Below, piece after piece: positions 52,868 through 64,000 of a stretch of 64,000 nucleotides of DNA. Position numbers and translations under genes: made by a program. The notes beneath the pieces are model-generated. The model saw only the letters and a list, made by a program, of their open reading frames with translations, made no database searches and was not told where the DNA came from. Origin of the DNA: Eledone cirrhosa (Eukaryota); assembly GCA_964016885.1 (NCBI GenBank), contig OZ024742.1, positions 308,140,001 to 308,204,000 on the forward strand. The letters are read 5' to 3'. Within the stretch, counting starts at the first letter, position 1, and each line of letters begins with the position of its first letter.

Positions 52868-54470
52868 TCATGGCTGCCCCCTCGTTAACGAGTATGGCCA
52901 TTGCACGAGGAGAAAAAAAAATTAATAAATAAATAAAAAAGAAAAAAAACAGAAATATATATATATATATATATACATACACATATACATACACATATAC
53001 ACACACACACATATATACACACACACATACATTAATAACAATAATAATAATAATAATAATAACAACAATAATAATAACGACAACAACAATAATAATATAC
53101 ATATATATATATATACATACACGCACACACATAAGCATATCTATACACACACACACACACGATAGCAACTAACAGCGCTGCGATCGAATGTGGCTTTTTA
53201 GCCCAGCCAATGATCTAAAATGTCTTGCACAGAGTCGGCAACCAAAACATTCACTGGGAATAGTCGGCTGTGGTTGGAGTTCATGTACTTTTGCATGTCG
53301 CTTGAGCCCTCCTGCTGATTTACATTCTCTACCACATGTTTGGCAAGCATGATGAGTAGCATCTCCAACAGCAGCCTGGTAGTCAACCACTAGTCTTACT
53401 TTATGACTGCGAAGATGACTTTCGAGTCCAGCTTTGCTTAGGCAGAGTCTCGCACAGACGCTGCATGTCAGCACCATAGGAGGACCCTCGCCGTCTGGAA
53501 GTGCAACAGCAATGCCCTTCCTCACATCCCGCTTTACTTTCTCGTATGCGATTCTAGATGCCTCAAAGGCAACTTTTCCCTCATATACAGTCTTTCTCCA
53601 TTTATTACGATCAGCAGCAATATCCTCCCATGTATCAGCAGAGATGTTAGCGTCTTTCAGAGAGGCTTTCAAGGAATCCTTATACCTCTTTTTTGGTTTA
53701 TGTGGCGGTCGTTTTCCTTTAACCAACTCTCCATAAAAGAGTTGTTTTGGTATTCTAGAATCCTTCATCCTGGCAAGGTGACCACTCCAACGGAGTCGTT
53801 GCTTAAGCACAAGAGCTTCTATACTGTCACACATAGAGCTTTCCAAAATCTCAACATCACTGATGTGGTCCCTCCAGTGAACGCCATGGATCCGTCTGAG
53901 ACACATCTGATGGAAACGCTCCAATTTCTTAAGGTGGTGTCGATATGTGACCCAGTTCTCGCAGGCATAAAGAAGACAAGAGAGCACACATTCCCTGTAT
54001 ACCTTTACCTTTGTCCTCCTGCATATATCTCGCCGACCCAAGAGTCGTCATTCTAGCTTTCCGAAAGCATCACTTGCTTTCCTAATCCTAAGTGAGATTT
54101 CACTGTCAAGGTTGCTGTATCGATTGACAGTGCTTCCCAGGTAGACAAACTGATCAACCACTCCAAGTCGTTTGCCATACACATAGATGTTTGGTTCAGT
54201 GTACTATTTACCAGGGGCAGGTTGGTACATGACGACGGTTTTCTTGAGACTGACAGTCAATCCTAGGGCAGTGCAAGCCTCAGAAAATGCATTCAAAATG
54301 TGATGCATATCACTCTCTGTGTGCGCTACAAGATCGCAATCATCTGCATACAAGAGGTCTCTTATGATTGATGTAAATACCTTTGTCTACGCAGCAAAGC
54401 GCCTGATGTTAAATATGCTGCCTGAGGTTCGATATCGGATGAAAACACCATGCTCGCAATTCCTGAATGC
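52868..54470 (-). mobile_element. 5'-truncated RTE-clade LINE in (CATA)n
   Basis: LLYADDCDL, YLGS, LERFHQMCLRRI, RLRWSGHLARM..SRIPKQLFYGEL, three C2H2 fingers. Stops near 54049 and 54204. Confidence 0.92.
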
Positions 54471-54570
54471 TACATATACATACATACATACATACATACA
54501 TACATACATACATACATACATACATACATACATACATACATACATAATGCTGAATGCTATACATACATAC

Positions 54571-54628
54571 ATGATGGCTGCCCCCTCGTTATCGAGTATG
54601 GCCATTGCACGAGGAGAAAAAAAAAAAA

Positions 54629-54661
<33 letters not shown>

Positions 54662-56743
54662 AAAAGAAAATAAAAATTAAAAAAATATATATATACATAT
54701 ACATACACATATATACACACACACACACTCACACATATACACACACACATACATTAATAACAATAATAATAATAGTAATCATAACAACAATAATAATATA
54801 CATATACATATATATATACACACACACGCACACACATAAGCATATCTACACACACACACACACGATAGCAACTAACAGCGCTGCGATCGAATGTGGCTTT
54901 TTAGCCCAGCCAATGATCTAAAATGTCTTGCACAGAGTCGGCAACCAAAACATTCACTGGGAATAGTCGGCTGTGGTTGGAGTTCGTGTACTTTTGCATG
55001 TCGCTTGAGCCCTCCTGCTGATTTACATTCTCTACCACATGTTTGGCCAGCACGATGAGTAGCATCTCCAACAGCAGCCTGGTAGTCAACCACTGGTCTT
55101 ACTTTATGACTGCGAAGATGACTTTCGAGTCCAGCTTTGCTTAGGCAGTGTCTCGCACAGACGCTGCATGTCAGCACCATAGGAGGACCCTCGCCGTCTG
55201 GAAGTGCAACAGCAATTCCCTTCCTCACATCCCGCTTTACTTTCTCGTATGCGATTCGAGATGCTTCAAAGGCAACCTTTCCCTCATATACAGTTTTTCT
55301 CCATTTATTACGATCAGCATCAATATTCTCCTATGTATCAGCAGAGATGTTAGCGTCTTTCAGAGAGGCTTTCAAGGAATCCTTATACCTCTTTTTTGGT
55401 TTATGTGGCGGTCGTTTTCCTTTAACCAACTCTCCATAAAAGAGTTGTTTTGGTATTCTAGAATCCTTCATCCTGGCAAGGTGACCACTCCAACGGAGTC
55501 GTTGCTTAAGCACAAGAGCTTCTATACTGTCACACATAGGTCTCTTATGATTGATGTAAACACTTTTGTCTTCGCAGCAAAGCGCCTGATGTTAAATATG
55601 CTGCCTGAGGTTCGATATCGGATGTAAACACCATGCTCGCAATTCCTGAATGCAATACAGAAAACCATTGCAAAGTATATGGCAAACAGGGTCGGTGCTG
55701 GAATATCCCCCTGTTTCACTCTATTTTTTACTGAGATAGGCTCCGACATGTTACCCCCGACATTAACCCAAGCCTTCATGTCGTTTATGGAAAGACCTAA
55801 CTAAAGCAAGGAACTTATCAGGGCAACCAAGTTTCTGGAGAACCTTCCATAATGCATCTCTGTTAACAATATCGAAAGCTTTTGTCAGATCGACAAAAAC
55901 CTGATACAGATCCAAGCCTTGTCCCATGTACTTCTCCTAGAGCTGTCTAGCTGAGAAGATCATATCAGTAGTGCCGCGTCCAGCACGAAAACCAGATTGA
56001 CTTTCAGGAAGAATACAATCTGCAATGTGTGTCAGCAGACGGTCCAGAAGCACCCTACATAAAACTTTCCCTACGGCAGAAAGCAATAATATACCTCTGT
56101 AGTTCCCACAATCGTTCCAGTTACCCTTTCCCTTGTACAAGACCACACTTACTGCATCTCTCCAGTCCTCAGGTACGGATTCATTAGCCCATATCCTGCC
56201 AAACAAAGAGTGAAGATGTTGCAGGAGTCTCTCACCACCATATTGTAGGAGCTCAGCATGTATGCCATCCATACCTGGAGATCTTCCACTGTTCAGCTTC
56301 GAAATAGCCACTGCAACCTCCACAAGCGTCGGAGGTTCTGCGAGAGCTACTTTCACAGGACTTTCTGGAATGAGATTGAGGAAATCTTCACTGACGACAG
56401 ACGGCTGATTCAAAAGATCATCAAAGTGCTCTCGCCACCTTCGTAGAATTCCTTGTGAGTAACGAAGAAGTTCTTTGCCATCCTTGCTGCGAAGCGGTGT
56501 CACCAGAGAAGAAGACGGTCCATAAACCTCACGCAAGACACTGTACAACTTTGTGTTATTGGAATCAGACGCAGTTTGTATCTCACCAGCCTTCTCACTC
56601 CACCATTGATCCTTCATCTGAGAAAGACTCCGCCTAACACGTGATTTTACATCCCTGAGTTCCTCATGCAACGTATTCCTCTCCTGTGGTTTTGCCGTCA
56701 AGTAGCGTGACAGAGCACGCCTTTTATCAGCCAACAAGTCTTC
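54571..56743 (-). mobile_element. 5'-truncated RTE-clade LINE with about 520-bp internal deletion
   Basis: [50 protein letters not shown]...APTLF. Deletion at 55538 removes YADD. 3' end nearly identical to the 52868 copy. Confidence 0.92.
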
Positions 56744-56806
56744 TATATATATACATACATACATACATATATGTATGTATATATATATATATATATATAT
56801 ATGTAC

Positions 56807-56837
<31 letters not shown>

Positions 56838-56864
56838 AATATATATGTATGTATATATATATAT

Positions 56865-56917
<53 letters not shown>

Positions 56918-56931
56918 CATACATATATATG

Positions 56932-57017
<86 letters not shown>

Positions 57018-57040
57018 TATATGTATGTATATATATATAT

Positions 57041-57088
<48 letters not shown>

Positions 57089-57120
57089 ATATATATATAT
57101 TTATATGTATATATATATAT

Positions 57121-57178
<58 letters not shown>

Positions 57179-57195
57179 TTATATATATATATATT

Positions 57196-57227
<32 letters not shown>

Positions 57228-57228
57228 G

Positions 57229-57266
<38 letters not shown>

Positions 57267-57267
57267 A

Positions 57268-57533
57268 CACAAGCAAATTATAAACGTAAACATGTAAGTA
57301 TGTTTTTGAAACGGTGCGCGAGTTTGTAATTAGAAATTTGAAATTATAAACTTTTACCGTATTTTAGACTAAAGAAATTTCTATCCTGATAGTGGGGTTT
57401 ATAACCCTCGGGGAAATGGAAAAAGATGAGTGTTGCCGGAACACTCATCTCTTTCCATTTCTCCGAGGGTTATAAACCCCACTATCAGGCTAGAAATTTC
57501 TTTAGTCTAAAATACGGTGAAAGCTTATAATTT
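57268..57533. mobile_element. PLE-like palindromic micro-insertion, family e (copy 1)
   Basis: About 92-bp inverted arms (57343-57434 / 57440-57532) with loop gccgg, plus a 75-bp tail; same architecture as families a-d. Confidence 0.65.
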
Positions 57534-57565
57534 ATATATATACATACATATATATATATACATAC

Positions 57566-57617
<52 letters not shown>

Positions 57618-57661
57618 ATATATATATATGTATGTATGTAAAATATATATATATATATATG

Positions 57662-57731
<70 letters not shown>

Positions 57732-57792
57732 TGTATGTATATATATATATATATGTATGTATATATATATATATGTATGTATATATATATAT

Positions 57793-57848
<56 letters not shown>

Positions 57849-57865
57849 TTATATATATATATATT

Positions 57866-57897
<32 letters not shown>

Positions 57898-57898
57898 G

Positions 57899-57936
<38 letters not shown>

Positions 57937-57937
57937 A

Positions 57938-58203
57938 CACAAGCAAATTATAAACGTAAACATGTAAGTATGTTTTTGAAACGGTGCGCGAGTTTGTAAT
58001 TAGAAATTTGAAATTATAAACTTTTACTCTATTTTAGACTAAAGAAATTTCTATCCTGATAGTGGGGTTTATAACCCTCGGGGAAATGGAAAAAGATGAG
58101 TGTTGCCGGAACACTCATCTCTTTCCATTTCTCCGAGGGTTATAAACCCCACTATCAGGCTAGAAATTTCTTTAGTCTAAAATACGGTGAAAGCTTATAA
58201 TTT
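57938..58203. mobile_element. PLE-like palindromic micro-insertion, family e (copy 2)
   Basis: Near-identical to 57268-57533. Confidence 0.65.
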
Positions 58204-58235
58204 ATATATATACATACATATATATATATACATAC

Positions 58236-58301
<66 letters not shown>

Positions 58302-58345
58302 ATATATATATATGTATGTATGTAAAATATATATATATATATATG

Positions 58346-58414
<69 letters not shown>

Positions 58415-58453
58415 ATATATATATATATATGTATGTATATATATATATATATG

Positions 58454-58515
<62 letters not shown>

Positions 58516-58516
<1 letters not shown>

Positions 58517-58759
58517 GATATATTAACAAATGGTAACTATATTTATAAAACCTATATTATATTTTATCTGATTAAAGAACACCATAATTTAACTTGGTGT
58601 CCTTGAAATATTTATAATCAAATAAATATGCTTTTATAAATATAGTTTCCATTTGTTAATATATCGTATTTTTACTCCAAATATTTGTTGAGTGCTTTAT
58701 ATCAGTTATAAAAATATGTGCTTGTTGTATCCCAACAATTTAAATAGAACTTTTACATC
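58516..58759. mobile_element. PLE-like two-ended insertion, family d
   Basis: 36-bp inverted short end plus tail-bearing arm; homologous to 34535-34812. Confidence 0.7.
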
Positions 58760-59200
58760 TATATATATATATTTATTAAAATAACAGATTAAAGTTTAAG
58801 CAAAGAATCGCTGCTTTCACCCTTAACGGGATCTTCTGAAACTAACAAAGTCAATCTGTAAACGCAGAACTGGATATTTCAAAAAACGTTGCAACCGGAG
58901 GAAGACAGGAAGACGATACTTTGGTTCGTGGAAACGTTCGCTGGCGAAGAACGGGAAAAAACGAATAATACGTCATTAATAGGAGCGGTGAAAAACATTT
59001 ACGCACAAAGACAGAACCACGTTTATGGTATAAAAGAGGTCGTAGACTAATGTTCTCATAGGTGGTGCATAGAGACGTTCTCTGGCAATGAACTAAAAAA
59101 CGAAGATAATACATCATATGTGGAGCGTGGAGAACAATAGCACGCAAAGACAAAACCACGTATGGTATAGCAGAAGTCGTAGACTAAAATTCTAACTAGG

Positions 59201-60295
59201 TACCGTGACGATGGTCTTTTGACCATGACTAAGTGCGGACCTCGTGCTTGCGACAGGTTCCGAAAAGAACTCACAGCCTTCTTTAAAGGCTCCAACCTCT
59301 CTATTCAGGTTGAGGCCAATCTCTCGGTCGTTAATTACCTCGACGTTACCTTCAATTTATTGAATGGGTTGTATTACCCGTATAGAAAGCCGAATGATAC
59401 GCTTAATTACATAAGTAAGCATTCCAACCATCCTGCCAGCATAACCAAGAACCTGGTAAGAAACGTTTCGTTGAGGCTTTCCCGTCTTTCCACCAACGAG
59501 CGTATTTTCAACGACCATTCCACTTATTACAATGAAGCTCTTGCTCGAAGTGGATTGTTCGATAAGGTAGCATATACAGAGTACGAATATAGACCTAGAA
59601 GAAATAGATCCCGTCGCATTTGTTGGTATAACCCACCATATAATATGGAGGTGGCCACACCATTAGCTAAGATCTTTCTTTCCCTTATTACGAAGCATTT
59701 TCCCCCTACACATAAATATAGTAACATTTTTAATAGAAATACTATTAAAATTTCTTACTCCACGACTCCTAACCTTGCACATAACATCACAGCTTCAAAT
59801 TTAGCTAAACTACCTAGCCGTAGGAACACGTGCAACCCTGTAGTTAGTACTAACTGTAATTGTAGGATTCGGGCTGATTGCCCCCTATCCGGGAAATGCC
59901 TCTCTAGTAGCATTGTCTACAAATGTAAGGTTGTAACACCCACGTCCCGTAGGGCCTACATAGGGTTAACCGCCAATAGTTTCAAGCAGCGTCTTTACAT
60001 GCATACCCATTCTTTTCGTTACCCTCTAAGAAGGAATATGACGTCACTTTCAGCTTATATCTGGAGTCTAAAAGACAACCACACCCAATATAAGCTACAC
60101 TGGGAGATCCTAGCTAGGGCTAGATCGTATAACGGAAATAAAAGACTATGTGATCTCTGCGCCGCTGAGGCCCTGGAAATACTCTACGCCGCAGACAACA
60201 TATTAAACAAAAAATCTGAGGCAATTTCGGCTTGTAAACATAAATTGCACAAAACTTTCCTGTATTACAGCCCCACATTATACCCTAACGGATAG
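59201..60295 (+). CDS. PLE RT C-terminal half + Cys-rich linker + GIY-YIG endonuclease (5'-truncated, open frame; Nematis-like by inference)
   Basis: Frame begins YRDDGL (RT motif) at 59201; NYLDVT, YRKP, SNHP, WYNPPY, CNC..CPL.GKC, IVY...YIGLT, FKQR, C.LC..E, LNKKSE...CKH. Confidence 0.9.
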   Translation, partial: YRDDGLLTMTKCGPRACDRFRKELTAFFKGSNLSIQVEANLSVVNYLDVTFNLLNGLYYPYRKPNDTLNYISKHSNHPASITKNLVRNVSLRLSRLSTNERIFNDHSTYYNEALARSGLFDKVAYTEYEYRPRRNRSRRICWYNPPYNMEVATPLAKIFLSLITKHFPPTHKYSNIFNRNTIKISYSTTPNLAHNITASNLAKLPSRRNTCNPVVSTNCNCRIRADCPLSGKCLSSSIVYKCKVVTPTSRRAYIGLTANSFKQRLYMHTHSFRYPLRRNMTSLSAYIWSLKDNHTQYKLHWEILARARSYNGNKRLCDLCAAEALEILYAADNILNKKSEAISACKHKLHKTFLYYSPTLYPNG

Positions 60296-61217
60296 TACGA
60301 TCTATACGTGGATATTTTACGTCTTGATGTGGGAGCTAAGTATATGTTTTGTTTATTCCTTTACTTATTTGCATAGGTAAGTATATATTACCCGTATGTT
60401 TTGTGAAGGTACGTATACCTTCTCGTACGTATATTTGATTGCTATGGCGTATAATTTTATATATTCTGGTACATAGGGTTTGGCTATGTGTATACCGGAG
60501 TTTTTGCGTCTGTGTGATTATGTAGGTTCGTACGTATGGTGGGTGTGTGTATATGTGTACTTCTTGTTTTAGTTGACTTACGCCTCCGAACATTCGTGTA
60601 TTTATATGTAGGTATGTGTGTGCGCTTGTTATATACGTATTTATTTATTTATATACGTTTATATAATTATTTATTTATTTGTATACACGCATACACACAC
60701 ACACATATTTATATGTGCGTGGTTTTGTATACCTATGGTAAGGTTTTGCGTATGCTTGTGTATGTACGTTTTTGTTTGCGTGTATGTATTTATTTATTAC
60801 TTCTGTATTGTATTTATTTACTTTGTTCTTAACTCTGTAGCGGAGATTCATTTGGTCTCCTAGTTAGAATTTTAGTCTACGACTTCCGCTATACCATTTA
60901 CGTGGTTTTGTCTTTGCGTGCTATTTTTCTCCACGCTCCAAATATGACGAATTATCTTCGTTTTTTCGTTCATTGCCAGAGAACGTCTCTATGCACCACC
61001 TAAGAGAACATTAGTCTACGACCTCTTTTATACCATAAACGTGGTTCTGTCTTTGCGCGTAAATGTTTTTCACCGCTCCTATTAATGACGTATTATTCGT
61101 TTTTTCCCGTTCTTCGCCAGCGAACGTTTCCACGAACCAAAGTATCGTCTTCCTGTCTTCCTCCGGTTGCAACGTTTTTTGAAATATCCAGTTCTGCGTT
61201 TACAGATTGACTTTGTT

Positions 61218-61268
61218 AGTTTCAGAAGATCCCGTTAAGGGTGAAAGCAGCGATTCTTTGCTTAAACT
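61218..61268 (+). ncRNA. Hammerhead-like motif with variant core CAGAAGA (mirror copy 58794-58844, -)
   Basis: agttt CAGAAGA t-ccc-gttaa-ggg-t GAAA gca...tgc TT aaact: stems I-III pair, with U4 replaced by A in both arms. Confidence 0.55.
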
Positions 61269-63067
61269 TTAATCTGTTATTTTAATAAATATTTGCTCTA
61301 CGGTTCTTATATATTTGATATATATTTATCCTTATCGAGCCCTCTTTGGATTTTAGTCTTCAAATTTATTATTATTACTATATATATATATATATATATA
61401 TATTGCCTGCATTACTTTGATTAAGGTTTTAATTTTTACTTTTTGCAGATCCCGTATACCAAGACACTTCAGATAGTTTATGACTGAGGGAGAAGAAAAA
61501 CAATTGGAGAACAAAATGCCAGAATAATATACCACAGACGAATTGGTGATACCCCGATTGGACAAAACTCATGTTATACAGACCTTACAGATGAAAGAAT
61601 ATGACGTAGTATTAATACAAGTTAATAAAACGTATTATTCAAGAAGGATTATTGGATTAGAAATTAAGATATCTTAAGAGTAAGTTTATGTAATATTAAG
61701 GTAGACCTCCTGGAAGACTAGAAAACACGTGAGACTAATATCTTATATAGCTAAGAAAATGATTATTATATCCAAAACCTTTACATTGAAGTAGGCCATG
61801 AGATGAAGATATTTCTATACTAGAGAATATTATTAAAATTAGTTATCTTAAATTACTATGCCATGATGTCCAATATTAACCTTATAGAACGTTGTTGCAA
61901 TACTTATCTTAAAATTGAATAGTTAATAGACATACATTGAATATAATATGAGAACATATATGGAATTTTACATTCAACAAGTCTAATATATACTGATGCA
62001 ATCATAGAATGTCTTAAGAAATATTTTGAATAGAATTTTATTGCTTATTTTTCTGTAATTTAGCATTAATTTATGAAGAGGTACTTTAGAAATAACAGTT
62101 AAGTTTTAAGTAAAAAATCAATTTTCAGTTAACGTGACCAGCACACAATATGGACATTTATACGCTGCATGGATACTCATGTGAACAGTTCTTCCTTGTC
62201 CCTTCCTTTCTTAACTTCTACATACTTTAGGCCAGTTTACATACTATGGCAATCTACAACGATGTTTGTGCTTTCTGTCGTGATTGCCAATGACTCTCCG
62301 ATCCAACAATAGTAGAGATTCATGGTATATTCTGAGATAAACATCCATTTATAGGAAGAGTCTTTAGAAAAGATTCCTTAGAAAATATATTGTGTGGAAG
62401 GGAAAAAATATAACAAACCAAATGATAACAAATGGACTAATGGAAATTTAAGATTGTTTATAGCACGCTCAGTTAACACAAAATCCATATGCTAATGACA
62501 AAAATCAATCAATCCACTATATGTATTATAGCAGTAATGAGAGGTCATATTCAATACTTTTGAATTGGATATAGGTGTACAATTTTCTAAACATATCTAC
62601 GCTACAGAGGTTTGCTTATGGAAGTTTCTAGGACCTCTGTTTCATTGGGTTCCGAAACCACTATAATAGATAATGGATATGTATGTATATCTATAGGCAT
62701 GCTTCTGTATGCATGTATGTCCACCTGTAATTTACTGATTAGTTAAACATGTTTATTTGATGCCATCAATTAATATCTTTTACGTAACAGAAACACCAAC
62801 TTGATTAGAAATAAGAGGTAATCGTCGAATCAATGTTACCAGATACGTTACATTAAATGTAACCTACTCAAAGCCGCATAGAACCAATTCTTCCCTGGCG
62901 TTCCTGTGTGAGTTCTGAGAAATGGATAATTTATAAGTACCACATATACGGTCATTGATTTCAACGGTATATCTTATTAAATTCTCATATAAAGTTAATA
63001 GATTTTATTGATCTCATGAAACATGACATTACATAATTACAATTAGAATACCAAATATGGCATTCCA

Positions 63068-63091
63068 AACAACAACAACAACAACCACATC

Positions 63092-63132
<41 letters not shown>
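63068..63132. repeat. (CAA)n microsatellite
   Basis: Read directly. Confidence 0.9.
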
Positions 63133-64000
63133 CTAGTGGAGTGCTGTAACCATGAAAAATTACTTTTGAACATAATATAAACATTCCTATTGTTCTGTTG
63201 TTATCTGATTTAGAAAAGCATTTATCTATCGGATATTTGATTCGTGTTTTCACCTAACCCGTTTGTTAATGAAATGTGTATCAACTAAAGATCATTAGGT
63301 GAATAATTCTGGGCTGATAAGGCACCAATCTCTACTCCTTCTTTCTTGTAGCCACAGTAGTCGTTATACATTTTAAATTATTTCTTCAAATATCTCACAT
63401 CATTTTTCCTACAGGGTGCATGTGGAGTTTAACCTACCGACACAATGCGAAACATGATATATGATTTGACTTAAAATCTGATAATTTACGAGTCCTCTAT
63501 ATTTTTAATAAATGCGGCCAAGTGAATCATCATTGAGAAAGAAATTATTGATATAATTTATCTGAAGTCCTAAAACATTGCTGTCTGAAATGATATGTGT
63601 TAACGAATTGGTTATCACATTGGCGTTTACCAACACATTCACATATAAATTATTCTGGATACCATGCTTTTATAGATTTGAAACTTAGTATTTATCTTTC
63701 TGAACACAAACTGCATTAATCTCTGACTCTCTTTGCTTTCTAGATCCCAGTGTCTCGAAAATACATTATGTTACGAAAATAAATATTTCACAGTCTGATA
63801 TGTTACATGAGAAATTAAAAAAAAACATGTGTGTATATAATTTGATATGTATATAATATCTGATATAACATGTTTAGGGATTTGACTTTTTTGTAGTTGA
63901 CAATTTTTATTTTATTGTCTTTGGATGAGTAGATGAAATCAGAAAAAAATATCTCATAAAACTCGAATAGAAATATTTAGTATATAAACATATACATTTG

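Larger units (their letters stand above)
56744..58515. repeat. Long (TA)n/(TATG)n field containing a 670-bp tandem duplication
   Basis: The unique block 57268-57533 recurs at 57938-58203 together with the flanking microsatellite pattern. Confidence 0.9.
58772..61380 (+). mobile_element. 5'-truncated Penelope-like element, family a, with about 430-bp inverted pLTR
   Basis: 58772-59200 is the reverse complement of 60859-61290; 90-bp tail 61291-61380; RT-GIY-YIG ORF between; (TA)n both sides. Confidence 0.93.

Noticed and set aside
61449-61605. Plus-strand segment after a strong acceptor (tttttactttttgcag)
   Set aside because: Stops in all frames within 45 nt; no support for a coding exon.

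Overview
AT-rich eukaryotic, non-genic-looking DNA packed with microsatellites and retroelements. The tRNA-derived SINE family and the repeat landscape look octopus/cephalopod-like; this is my recollection and is unverified. I recognise no host protein-coding exon, and most ORFs in the track are translated microsatellites. Content: (1) six Tx1-clade LINE copies, all on the - strand and all bounded by (GATA)n or GATA-like sequence; five form a 12.3-kb head-to-tail array (36378-48654) that includes an intact ORF2 and one full-length copy. (2) RTE-clade LINEs with three C-terminal C2H2 fingers arrayed in (CATA)n (52198-56743), including an internally deleted derivative with a candidate HDV-like ribozyme. 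(3) About 20 Penelope-like (PLE) insertions or terminal fragments from about 7 families, nearly all embedded in (TA)n. Most are built from two outward-facing 3' ends (45 bp to 2.6 kb), and many carry hammerhead-like motifs, some with variant cores. (4) About 11 tRNA-derived SINEs and one deleted mariner. The most notable pattern is that three retroelement classes each occupy a different simple repeat, together with the two-ended, palindromic PLE insertion architecture. All alignments and RNA folds were done by eye, and boundaries are approximate to a few bp.
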